NCBI GenBank assembly: GCA_036479435.1
Contig: JAZGFI010000069.1
Coordinates: 1 to 13,123, forward strand
Length of the DNA stretch: 13,123 nt
From: Planctomycetota bacterium
GTDB taxonomy: Bacteria; Planctomycetota; GCA-002687715; DRQF01
Reading direction: 5' to 3'
Positions 1 through 7,197 of this stretch are shown here, one piece after another. The notes beneath the pieces are model-generated. The model did not search any database. It had not been told where the DNA came from and was given only the letters and a program-made list of their open reading frames with translations. The position numbers and the translations under genes were made by a program. Numbering within the stretch: the first letter of the stretch is position 1; each line of letters begins with the position of its first letter.

Positions 1-1139
1 GCGTCATTGCGGTGCGCGGCAACGTCTAGGCCCATAGCGCCGCGCGCGTTGCCCTTGTCGTCAAAAGCCACGCCAATTTCGGCCCCCACCTCAGTGAAGT
101 GACCCGCACCGTCGTTCAAAAAGGCGAAGTTCTGCACGGTGTCATTCGAAATGATGAGGTCGGGGTGCCCGTCTCGGTTCCAATCGCAGACCGCAAGGCC
201 CAAGGACTTGGCCATGGGCTCCCCGGTTGCGGGATTCTTGACGTCGACGCCGGCAGTTCCCGTGACATCTTCGAACTTGCCATCACCGAGGTTGCGCAGA
301 AGTTGGCAGGTCTCGCCGCGAAAGCTCCTCGGCGGGCCGTAGGAGCGCGTCGTACCGTCAATCTTGAATCCCTGTTTCAGATCAATCTCGGACGACCACA
401 CCACGTAGTTGCACACAAACAAATCTAAGTGACCGTCGCCGTCGAAATCCAAGAACGCCGCGCCTGTCGACCAGCGATTTCCGCCTCCGCAGCCCGAAAC
501 CTGGGTGACCTCGGCAAAACCCTTGCCGCCGTCGTTTCGAAACAGATGGTTTTGCCCCACCGCAGTCACAAACAGATCTGGGTCACCGTCTTCGTCATAG
601 TCGGCCGCGGCAACTCCCATCCCGTAGAAGCTCGTCGTGAAGCCCTGCTCCTCCGACACATCGACGAAAGTCCCGCCGTCGTTTCGATACAATGCGGGCC
701 TAGATGATTGGTCGTCCAGGGAGGGATTCCAATGAGCGGAGTTGACGAGGAACAAGTCGGGATCGCCGTCGCCGTCGTAGTCAAAAAACGCGGCACCCGC
801 TCCCATCGTTTCGGGCAGGAGCTTTCGCCCCTGAGCACCGTTTTGGTGCTTGAACTTCAAGCCGCGCTCAACGCTTACGTCGCGAAACAGCACCTTGGGC
901 AACTCAATCGATGATGGAGCGACCCTGCTCGGTGCAACTTCGTCCGGTACTTCTTCGGTCTGTTTTTTGTCATCCGGCCAATAAAGGAGAGTCAAGGAGA
1001 TAGCGATGGCGACGACGAACACCGCCGCTAGAACCAGTAGGATTCTCGTCCCCCGCTTGGCGCGCGCCAGCGTCTCCTCATCGAGTTCGTCTGCACCAAG
1101 GTCGAGGCCCTGATCATCTTGTGGCTGAGATTCGCTCAC
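1..1139 (-). CDS. CRTAC1 / ASPIC-UnbV family FG-GAP (VCBS-like) repeat protein with N-terminal membrane anchor; 3' end runs off the window
   Basis: Absent from the ORF track because no stop lies in the window. Manual translation from GTG at 1139 (GGAGG at 1152-1148, 8 nt upstream): MSESQPQDDQG...RGTRILLVLAAVFVVAIAISLTLLYW (TM)...LFRDVSVERGLKFKHQNGAQGRKLLPETMGAGAAFFDYDGDGDPDLFLVNS...LYRNDGG...YGMGVAAADYDEDGDPDLFVT...WSTGAAFLDFDGDGHLDLFVCNYV...DWNRDGHPDLIISNDT. The frame is open to base 1. Confidence 0.92.
   Translation of the reverse strand, partial: MSESQPQDDQGLDLGADELDEETLARAKRGTRILLVLAAVFVVAIAISLTLLYWPDDKKQTEEVPDEVAPSRVAPSSIELPKVLFRDVSVERGLKFKHQNGAQGRKLLPETMGAGAAFFDYDGDGDPDLFLVNSAHWNPSLDDQSSRPALYRNDGGTFVDVSEEQGFTTSFYGMGVAAADYDEDGDPDLFVTAVGQNHLFRNDGGKGFAEVTQVSGCGGGNRWSTGAAFLDFDGDGHLDLFVCNYVVWSSEIDLKQGFKIDGTTRSYGPPRSFRGETCQLLRNLGDGKFEDVTGTAGVDVKNPATGEPMAKSLGLAVCDWNRDGHPDLIISNDTVQNFAFLNDGAGHFTEVGAEIGVAFDDKGNARGAMGLDVAAHRND
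156..782 (-). repeat. Four protein-level FG-GAP-type Ca-binding repeats (DxDxDGxxDL)
   Basis: DYDGDGDPDL (782-753), DYDEDGDPDL (602-573), DFDGDGHLDL (449-420) and DWNRDGHPDL (185-156), each followed by a [LF]x[RL]NxGxG-like motif. Confidence 0.85.
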
Positions 1140-1161
1140 GCAAACGGCCTCCGCTGAGAAG

Positions 1162-3879
1162 TTAGAGTTTCAAATCGTAAATAACGATGGCATTGGCGGC
1201 GTGGTCGGCAGCCGGGTTTTTACTGCGATGAAGCTGGACCGCCTGATCACGCGCGTTGTCATCGGGTTTGTACTTGGCATGCAGTTTTCTGTGCACCTCG
1301 GCTTGTTCGCGATTGCCGAGAGCGCGGTGGCACTGCATCAGGTTGAAGTGAGCCGAGAGGTTTTCGCTGTCCAATGCCAAGACCTTGGAGAAGGTCTCGA
1401 CCGCACGCAAGTAGTAGCCCCGGCGCTCGGCCTTGTCACGCGCTTTGCGGGCCCTCAAGAGCAGGGTGCGACCGAGCTCGTTCTGAACTTGGTAATCACG
1501 CGAAAAGTCAAAGCCACGTTTAGGAATGCGAGTGGCAAGCACTTTCTCGAAACTAGATATCGCGCGATCGAGGTAGCCGTTTTGGCGATCGATGAGACCG
1601 GTGAGCCAGTTGACGACCCAAGGCGTCTTCGTTCCTGCTGCGACTGCTTTCGCCAGCGCGGCACGAGCGTCTTCGATTCGTCCCTCTTTCTCGAACACTC
1701 GGGCCAGATCCAACCAGCCCTCTGATCGTCCCAATCCGACGACCTCGTGGAAGGCCTCGGAGGCTTGCCGCAACTCACCCTTACTGGCCCCGGAATTGCC
1801 TTTGCGAAACAGCCCGATGCCGTAGTCGCGCCAGCGTTGCCATGTCGGCTTCGCTGACGGCGTGCCGGCGGCGGCCGCCGTGACGTTCAGCACGACCTCA
1901 GATTCTGCCATCGTGGTCACCGGCATCTGGGGGACCGGGCCATCGTGGAGACCGCGCGCAGCGAGGTCATTATAGACATGCCCCATGTAGGTCTGGTCGA
2001 ACTTTCGGTAGCGGAGTTTGACCTTGGCCGTCACTCTTCCCGCAAGGTCTTTCGGCGCCGTGAATCGGTAGTGAACAACCTGGCCCGTACCTGGGGGTTG
2101 TTGATTGGAGTAGAGCGGCACGAAGATGTCCTGAGCGTTGCGGCGATCAACACGTTTGCCGCGGCGATCCAAAACGTAGCTGTTTAGAAAGTGCGACCAT
2201 GGATCGACGAACCCGTTCTCATCCGTCTGTCCCGAGCGTGCGAATTCCTGACCATTCGCCGCCATGCTGACCTCAAGCCACAGCTGATTACTATCCGAGG
2301 TCCCTTGCGTAAAGACGTGCCCGACCTTTTGCGTGCGCACCACGACTTCGAGCAGATAGCTCTTCCCCGCTTCCAGCATGACCGGGACATCGCCGAGGGG
2401 CGCGATCAGGTCGCCCGTAATCGTGCCGCCTTTGCGCAAGGCAAAGATGTCGACGCTGACTTGGCCGTCCTTCAGGAAGTCCGACTGAAGTTTCTGCTGA
2501 TCAAAAAGCCCCTTCATGAAGGGAATCGCCGTATTAGAACCCGGAAAGCGGTGGTCGTGAATCTTCCCCTCCACGGCCCCGAAATCTTCGCTGGCGATGC
2601 GCGGCATGTGGCATTCGTTGCAGTTCGGCTCGGCGAGATCGGGGTAATAGAAGCTTCGTGATCCATTCCCCGACACACCCGACAACAAAAAATTGTCCCA
2701 GTGGTTCTGGCCCCGGAGCCACTCTTTGTAGTGATTAAGTTCGTAGGGAAGGCTCACCTTGTGGCAAGTCGCACAGAACTCTCCTGTTTTGTGGAGCGGT
2801 TTCAGAAAGGTCTTTTTGTGAAAGGCGGGCTTGGCCTTTACGAGCTGATGATTCACCCACTTCAAGAACGGATTATCGGAGTAGGCGAAGGGGTAGTGAA
2901 GCGGCTCCTCAATGGTGTAATTGCCATTGCCGATGGTGCCGTGGACGTCGACGATCGCGTGGCACACGGTGCAGGTGATTCCCTCGTTCGCCGTGGGGTC
3001 GTTGACGTCGTCGAAGTTCGGATCGTCAAAAGCGCCGCTGAAGAAGGGGACGGGATCGTGGCAACCGGCGCAAAAACGTGCACCCTGCACGTTGCCATCG
3101 CGTTTCATCAGTTCCGCTCGGGTTTCTCGCACACTGAATAGATACGGCGGATTGTTGAAGGAGCTGAGGTGATGAACGGATTGATAGTGCTGATCAAAAG
3201 CGTCGGGATGGCACTCTTGGCAGTAGCGGTCCATCATCAGAGATTCGCGCGGGATGAATCCCAAGGTCGAGGTGCGAGACTCCGAAGGGTAAAAGTAGGC
3301 CTCGCCTCCCCCGCGCACGTTCCACAGCCGCGGATCTTGGCCGTGGAATGCCACCATCCCCCCGGACACCAAGGCGACGCTTACGCCGTAGCAAATCCCC
3401 CATTTCCACTTGATACGAGGTCCGTAGAGCCGGTGAGCGACGTAGGCAAAGATTGCCACCACCGGCAGCAAGACGTGAAGCCAGTAGCTGAGGCGGCCAC
3501 CCAAGGAATCGAGAGGTACAACGCGCACCGTCATGACGATGCCGGTCAAGATCACACCGACACAGGCGGCAAACAATCCGTGGCCGAGGTTAACGGCCTT
3601 GCGGTTCCTTCGACGCCAAGTGTTGCGCATGTGAAACGCAGCGAACGCCAAAAAAGGCAAGGTCAACAACAGCCCCAGCGCCAGATGGAACAAGAACATG
3701 AAGAGATAGAATTGGTTTTCGAAGTTCGCGTCTCGAAGGAAGCCAAGAAGAGAGATGCCACCGAGATAAACAGAGTTAGCACCGAGCAGAGCAATCCCCG
3801 CCGCCAAGGCGTAAAAGAGCTTCCTAAGACCTGGAGTTAGGGCAGGCCGTGCTTTTCTCTTGACTCCCTCAATCGACAT
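1162..3879 (-). CDS. Membrane-bound multiheme c-type cytochrome (5 CxxCH) with N-terminal 5-TM domain and C-terminal TPR region, 905 aa
   Basis: CxxCH at aa 220 (CQECH), 270 (CAGCH), 303 (CTVCH), 369 (CATCH) and 420 (CNECH, followed by MP...HDHRFPG). Five hydrophobic segments in aa 21-179. TPR-like helical repeats at the C-terminus (WLDLARVFEKEGRIEDARAAL, LTGLIDRQNGYLDRAISSFEKVL, AHFNLMQCHRALGNREQA). Lies 22 bp upstream of the CRTAC1-like gene. Confidence 0.9.
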   Translation of the reverse strand: MSIEGVKRKARPALTPGLRKLFYALAAGIALLGANSVYLGGISLLGFLRDANFENQFYLFMFLFHLALGLLLTLPFLAFAAFHMRNTWRRRNRKAVNLGHGLFAACVGVILTGIVMTVRVVPLDSLGGRLSYWLHVLLPVVAIFAYVAHRLYGPRIKWKWGICYGVSVALVSGGMVAFHGQDPRLWNVRGGGEAYFYPSESRTSTLGFIPRESLMMDRYCQECHPDAFDQHYQSVHHLSSFNNPPYLFSVRETRAELMKRDGNVQGARFCAGCHDPVPFFSGAFDDPNFDDVNDPTANEGITCTVCHAIVDVHGTIGNGNYTIEEPLHYPFAYSDNPFLKWVNHQLVKAKPAFHKKTFLKPLHKTGEFCATCHKVSLPYELNHYKEWLRGQNHWDNFLLSGVSGNGSRSFYYPDLAEPNCNECHMPRIASEDFGAVEGKIHDHRFPGSNTAIPFMKGLFDQQKLQSDFLKDGQVSVDIFALRKGGTITGDLIAPLGDVPVMLEAGKSYLLEVVVRTQKVGHVFTQGTSDSNQLWLEVSMAANGQEFARSGQTDENGFVDPWSHFLNSYVLDRRGKRVDRRNAQDIFVPLYSNQQPPGTGQVVHYRFTAPKDLAGRVTAKVKLRYRKFDQTYMGHVYNDLAARGLHDGPVPQMPVTTMAESEVVLNVTAAAAGTPSAKPTWQRWRDYGIGLFRKGNSGASKGELRQASEAFHEVVGLGRSEGWLDLARVFEKEGRIEDARAALAKAVAAGTKTPWVVNWLTGLIDRQNGYLDRAISSFEKVLATRIPKRGFDFSRDYQVQNELGRTLLLRARKARDKAERRGYYLRAVETFSKVLALDSENLSAHFNLMQCHRALGNREQAEVHRKLHAKYKPDDNARDQAVQLHRSKNPAADHAANAIVIYDLKL

Positions 3880-3897
3880 TTCGGCAATCCCAACAAT

Positions 3898-3903
3898 ATC
3901 TTA
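3898..3903 (-). promoter_or_regulatory. Possible -10 element (TAAGAT) upstream of the cytochrome gene
   Basis: TAnnnT hexamer in a locally AT-rich patch, 18 nt upstream of ATG 3879. No clear -35 element. Confidence 0.25.
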
Positions 3904-3993
3904 GAACGGGGCACAGCGCCCTCAAGCATCGTCGTCCTTGACCACCAGCTCGGTGGAGCCCTAAGCAGGGAATCGTCGGGATTCCGTGGAGCC

Positions 3994-4734
3994 CTATGAA
4001 AGCTTGTGAGCGTCGATCTGCTTCAGCACTTCCTTGGTAGGAAGGCGTTCATTCAGATTCTCGCCACGGTACATCCACAAGACTATGCCCTCGCGGTTCA
4101 AGAGAATCATACCTGGCGCGAGAATCTCATGTTCAACCTGCCGTGGTGAGTCTTCATGGACAAAACCGAAAGCCCTCCCCAGTGATAGTTTGGGGTCGGA
4201 GATGGCCTTTAGAAAAGGAAACTTCTCACTGGTGGCCTTGGTCGTCTGCACTCGATCAGCCGAGACTGCAACGATCTTGACACCGCGCTTTTCAAACTCT
4301 GACTTATTGGCTTCGAACTCACCGAGTTCGATCAAACAGTAAGTTCACCATGAGCCGCGGAAAAGCACCAGAAGCGTTGTTTCATTGGTCGCAAGTTGGG
4401 CGAGACCAAAGGGCTTCCCGTCCGCATCCAAGGAACTGAACTTTGGCAAGGTCTCCCCGACTTTCACCGGACCGTCGTACTCGGGAAGATTCATGCCAAA
4501 GAGCAGCATGATGCAAACGGCGATCGGGATCAGCGCCGCGCCGAAGCCAAAAAACTTCCACATGGAAAAGCGGCGAGCCATTGAAGCCAAGGCGAGGATT
4601 GGTGGGCCGAAGGCCAACCAGCCCAGATAGGACGGCGTGCTGAGGTCGTGTTGGCTTACCCGCCAGGAGTAGTAGCCTAGAGCCAGCCAAGGTGACAGAA
4701 TACCGATGGCAAAGATGATTCGATCGAGTTTCAT
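3994..4734 (-). CDS. Selenocysteine-containing peroxiredoxin-like / AhpC-TSA family redoxin (U-T-Y-C motif, Sec130) with 3 N-terminal TM helices, 246 aa
   Basis: ORF-track ORFs 4345..4734 and 3994..4335 share one frame (741 nt in total). The junction reads TTC CGC GGC TCA TGG TGA ACT TAC TGT TTG = F-R-G-S-W-*-T-Y-C-L, matching the redoxin F-x-RG-x-W-C-x-x-C motif with UGA (4345-4347) at the first Cys. The upstream half has the redoxin start (KVGETLPKFSSLDADGKPF); the downstream half has the rest of the fold (GVKIVAVSAD, SDPKLSLGRAFG, PGMILLNREGIVLW). A SECIS-like hairpin follows the UGA. Confidence 0.88.
4302..4344 (-). promoter_or_regulatory. Putative bacterial SECIS element
   Basis: mRNA after the UGA: ACUUACUGUUUGA-UCGAACUC-GGU-GAGUUCGA-AGCCAAUAAGU. 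Perfect 8-bp inverted repeat (4324-4331 / 4313-4320) around a G-first GGU loop that begins 21 nt after the UGA, with a possible lower stem ACUUA/UAAGU. Confidence 0.75.
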
Positions 4735-4739
4735 CCTCA

Positions 4740-4748
4740 GTTATAGCA
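4740..4748 (-). promoter_or_regulatory. Possible extended -10 (TG-C-TATAAC) for a leaderless redoxin mRNA
   Basis: Minus strand reads TGC TATAAC TGAGG ATG, so the hexamer is 5 nt from the ATG. GAGG abuts the ATG and is too close to serve as a Shine-Dalgarno. Confidence 0.35.
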
Positions 4749-4768
4749 AGCACAGCCCGGAGGAAAGA

Positions 4769-6316
4769 ATGCACTCTGAGACACTTGGATTCGATGCAAA
4801 GGGGCTTTTCGTTCCCAGATCCCGCGGTCACGCCCACCGAGCCACAATCCACCTCTTCAGCCGCCTCGCCTTCATTTCTGTGATCCTGCTGTCTAGCGCT
4901 CTCCCCGGCCAAGCCCAGGGGCCTTGGCGGCCCGAAGTTGAGGCCCTTCTCAATTCGATGACCCCCGAGCCGCGGGGAGAACAACCTGGGTTTCCCGGCT
5001 TTGCCGCTGCCGTCATCCACCGCGGAAAACTTTCCTTTGTCGGCACTAAAGGGATGGCGAACCTCGAGCACCAAGTTCCAATCGGATCGACAACCTCTTT
5101 TCGGATTGGCTCGACTTCGAAACAATTCACGGCCACCGCCATAGCCCTACTTCACCTCGATGGCGACATTAAACTCGACGACCTACTCACCAACCACTTC
5201 CCCAAACTCGCACAAGCCGCGCCAGGGGTCTTGATCAGCGATCTCGTTCACCACACCAGCGGTATCACCGACTATCTCGTGTTGGCGTTCCTGAACGGGA
5301 ATTCCGATCAGGACATCTACAGCGTCGAAGACAGCTTTTCTCAACTCTGCCAGCAACGCGACTTGATGTTTGAACCGGGCACGAAGTTCTACTACTCCAA
5401 CTCCAACTATTTCCTGCTATCCCTGCTGGTTCAACGAATCTCGGGGCAATCGTTGGCTGACTTTGCCGCGAAGCGAATCTTCAAGCCGTTGGGCATGAAG
5501 AACTCCCGTTATCGCAAAGCCTACGACGAGATCATTCCGAACCGAGCCCACGGCTATCGACAAACTAAGGCCGCGTGGCGCATTGCCAATACGCAGCTCG
5601 ACCATACGGGCGATGGCGGAGTCTTCACGACGATCGAAGACCTCGCCAAATGGGACGCCAACTTCTACGACAACAAACTCGGCCACGGCAAAGCCCTCAT
5701 CGACCTTTTGCAGCGCCGCGGGTGCTTGCGAAACGGCGACCCACTGGACTATGCCTTCGGGTTAGTCGTCGATCGGCATCGTGGAAGACAGCGCGTCGCG
5801 CACGGTGGGGCCTTCGTGGGTTTTCGCGCCGACTACGTTCGGTTTCCCGAGCTTGAGACATCCGTGGTCTGCTTGGGCAACTATGCCCGCAGCCGCGCGA
5901 GTATCATCTGTTCGTCCATCGTCGATATTGTCTTGCGAGACAGTTGGGAACCACTCGAGAAGCGTAAGCAACCTTCGCAGCCGTTTCGCTCTCACACCAA
6001 AGCCCCGCCGCTGCCAGATCCTAAACCCCAGCCGCGGACAGCTAGCCCCATGGCGAGCTACAACGGCGAATACGTTTGCGAAGCATTGCGTGTTCCCTGG
6101 ACAATTGAGGCAATCTCCGACACGCCCCTTCCAGGTCTACGGTTTGTCATCGGTCACAACCGCATCCAACTCTCACGGGCGCGGGGAGACCATTTCGGCC
6201 CCGAAGCATTCCGTTGCCTATTCCGTCGCAATCAACACGGTGACGTAACGGGATTCGGCCTTTATTCGGGCCTCGGATTCCCCTTCGAGTTCAAGCGAAA
6301 GGACAAGACCTCATGA
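4769..6316 (+). CDS. Secreted serine hydrolase, beta-lactamase class C / D-aminopeptidase-like (peptidase S12) family, with Pro-rich linker and small C-terminal beta domain
   Basis: SxxK (FRIGSTSKQFT), LVHHTSG, YxN (FEPGTKFYYSNSNY), IFKPLGMKNS, GDGGVFTTIEDLAKW and HGGAFVGF motifs; signal-like segment LAFISVILLSSALPGQAQ. Start moved from 4706 (which overlaps the divergent gene) to ATG 4769, preceded by GGAGG. Confidence 0.9.
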   Translation: MHSETLGFDAKGLFVPRSRGHAHRATIHLFSRLAFISVILLSSALPGQAQGPWRPEVEALLNSMTPEPRGEQPGFPGFAAAVIHRGKLSFVGTKGMANLEHQVPIGSTTSFRIGSTSKQFTATAIALLHLDGDIKLDDLLTNHFPKLAQAAPGVLISDLVHHTSGITDYLVLAFLNGNSDQDIYSVEDSFSQLCQQRDLMFEPGTKFYYSNSNYFLLSLLVQRISGQSLADFAAKRIFKPLGMKNSRYRKAYDEIIPNRAHGYRQTKAAWRIANTQLDHTGDGGVFTTIEDLAKWDANFYDNKLGHGKALIDLLQRRGCLRNGDPLDYAFGLVVDRHRGRQRVAHGGAFVGFRADYVRFPELETSVVCLGNYARSRASIICSSIVDIVLRDSWEPLEKRKQPSQPFRSHTKAPPLPDPKPQPRTASPMASYNGEYVCEALRVPWTIEAISDTPLPGLRFVIGHNRIQLSRARGDHFGPEAFRCLFRRNQHGDVTGFGLYSGLGFPFEFKRKDKTS

Positions 6317-7146
6317 AAGGCAAGAAGCTCATTTGGGTTCTCGTCGGCGCCATCCTGATCATCTCGATCGGTTGCGCCTTCTTCGCCGAAGATCTCATGA
6401 TCAAGTTTTTTGGCCCACCGGAGGTCGAACTCAAAGAAGCCTACGCCAGTAACCGCGGCGACCTGGTTTTTGATCACGGCACTTTCGATGATCTGCTCAA
6501 AGAGTTCGTTCGCCCGACCGGCGAAGTGGACTACGACGGGCTACAAGCCGCCGAAGTGGACCTCGCGAACTATCTCGACCAGATCGCCAACGTCCATTTC
6601 GCGAACTTGCCACGCGACGGCAAACTCGCGCTCATGCTGAACGCCTACAACGCTTTCACCCTAAGACTAATCCTTGAGTATCGACCCGGCCAGTCGATCC
6701 GCCAGATTCCCGAGGACAAGCGTTGGAAAGACAAGCGTTGGATCATCGGCGGCCGCACTTTCAGCCTCGAGCAACTCGAACACGAAGAGCTACGCGCAAA
6801 GTTCATCGAGCCGCGCATCCACTTCGCGATCAACTGCGCCAGCAAGAGCTGCCCGAAACTCCGCAACGAGGCCTACATTCCAGCGCGCGTCAACCAGCAA
6901 CTTGAAGACCAGGCGCGAGCCTTTCACGACTGGGATTTAGGATTTGAGTACAAAAAGGGCAGCGACACGGTACTGCTGAGTCGCATCTACCTTTGGTACC
7001 GGAACGACTTTGAGCAGGCCAAAGGCAGCCTGCTTGAGTTTGTTGCCCAGTGGTCGCCAGACCTTAAGGCCAAGATCGGCAGCGGCGACGAGCCTTCGAT
7101 TGAGTGGATCAGTTACGATTGGTCCTTAAACCGAATCTTGGAGTAG
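6313..7146 (+). CDS. DUF547 domain-containing protein with N-terminal anchor or signal
   Basis: Motifs GEVDYDGL, KLALMLNAYNAFTLRLIL, FSLEQLEHEELR, EPRIHFAINCASKSCPKLRNEAY, LSRIYLWYRNDF and YDWSLN. ATGA overlap with the upstream gene. Confidence 0.9.
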   Translation: MKGKKLIWVLVGAILIISIGCAFFAEDLMIKFFGPPEVELKEAYASNRGDLVFDHGTFDDLLKEFVRPTGEVDYDGLQAAEVDLANYLDQIANVHFANLPRDGKLALMLNAYNAFTLRLILEYRPGQSIRQIPEDKRWKDKRWIIGGRTFSLEQLEHEELRAKFIEPRIHFAINCASKSCPKLRNEAYIPARVNQQLEDQARAFHDWDLGFEYKKGSDTVLLSRIYLWYRNDFEQAKGSLLEFVAQWSPDLKAKIGSGDEPSIEWISYDWSLNRILE

Positions 7147-7197
7147 ATTTGGGGCGACCCTCCCTGGGCTTGGTGAGCAAAGCGTGGTGACTTTGGT

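Noticed and set aside
99..914. Three abutting same-frame plus-strand ORFs (99-428, 429-707, 708-914) that could look like a readthrough gene or pseudogene
   Set aside because: They are the antisense shadow of the CRTAC1-like gene; the VAV/VEI-rich text is the reverse complement of the DxDGDG repeats.
3994..4335. Independent 113-aa gene starting at TTG 4335
   Set aside because: It has no RBS and would lack the active-site motif and the first strands of the fold; it is better explained as the C-terminal half of the selenoprotein.
4345..4347. UGA reassigned genome-wide to Trp or Gly (genetic code 4 or 25)
   Set aside because: TGA acts as a true stop at 6314-6316, 9228-9230 and 12173-12175 (ATGA overlaps at natural protein ends), Trp is encoded by TGG, and the position aligns with Cys.
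4706..4768. ORF-track N-terminal extension of the serine hydrolase
   Set aside because: It overlaps the divergent redoxin start, whereas ATG 4769 has a well-placed GGAGG.
4382..5125. 247-aa minus-strand ORF
   Set aside because: It overlaps two well-supported genes in other frames, has no recognisable motifs, and has Arg/Gly/Ser-rich shadow composition.
4769..6316. Calling the hydrolase a true AmpC beta-lactamase resistance gene
   Set aside because: The third motif is HGG rather than KTG and there is an extra C-terminal domain, which fits the broad S12 peptidase/esterase group. The substrate cannot be determined from sequence.
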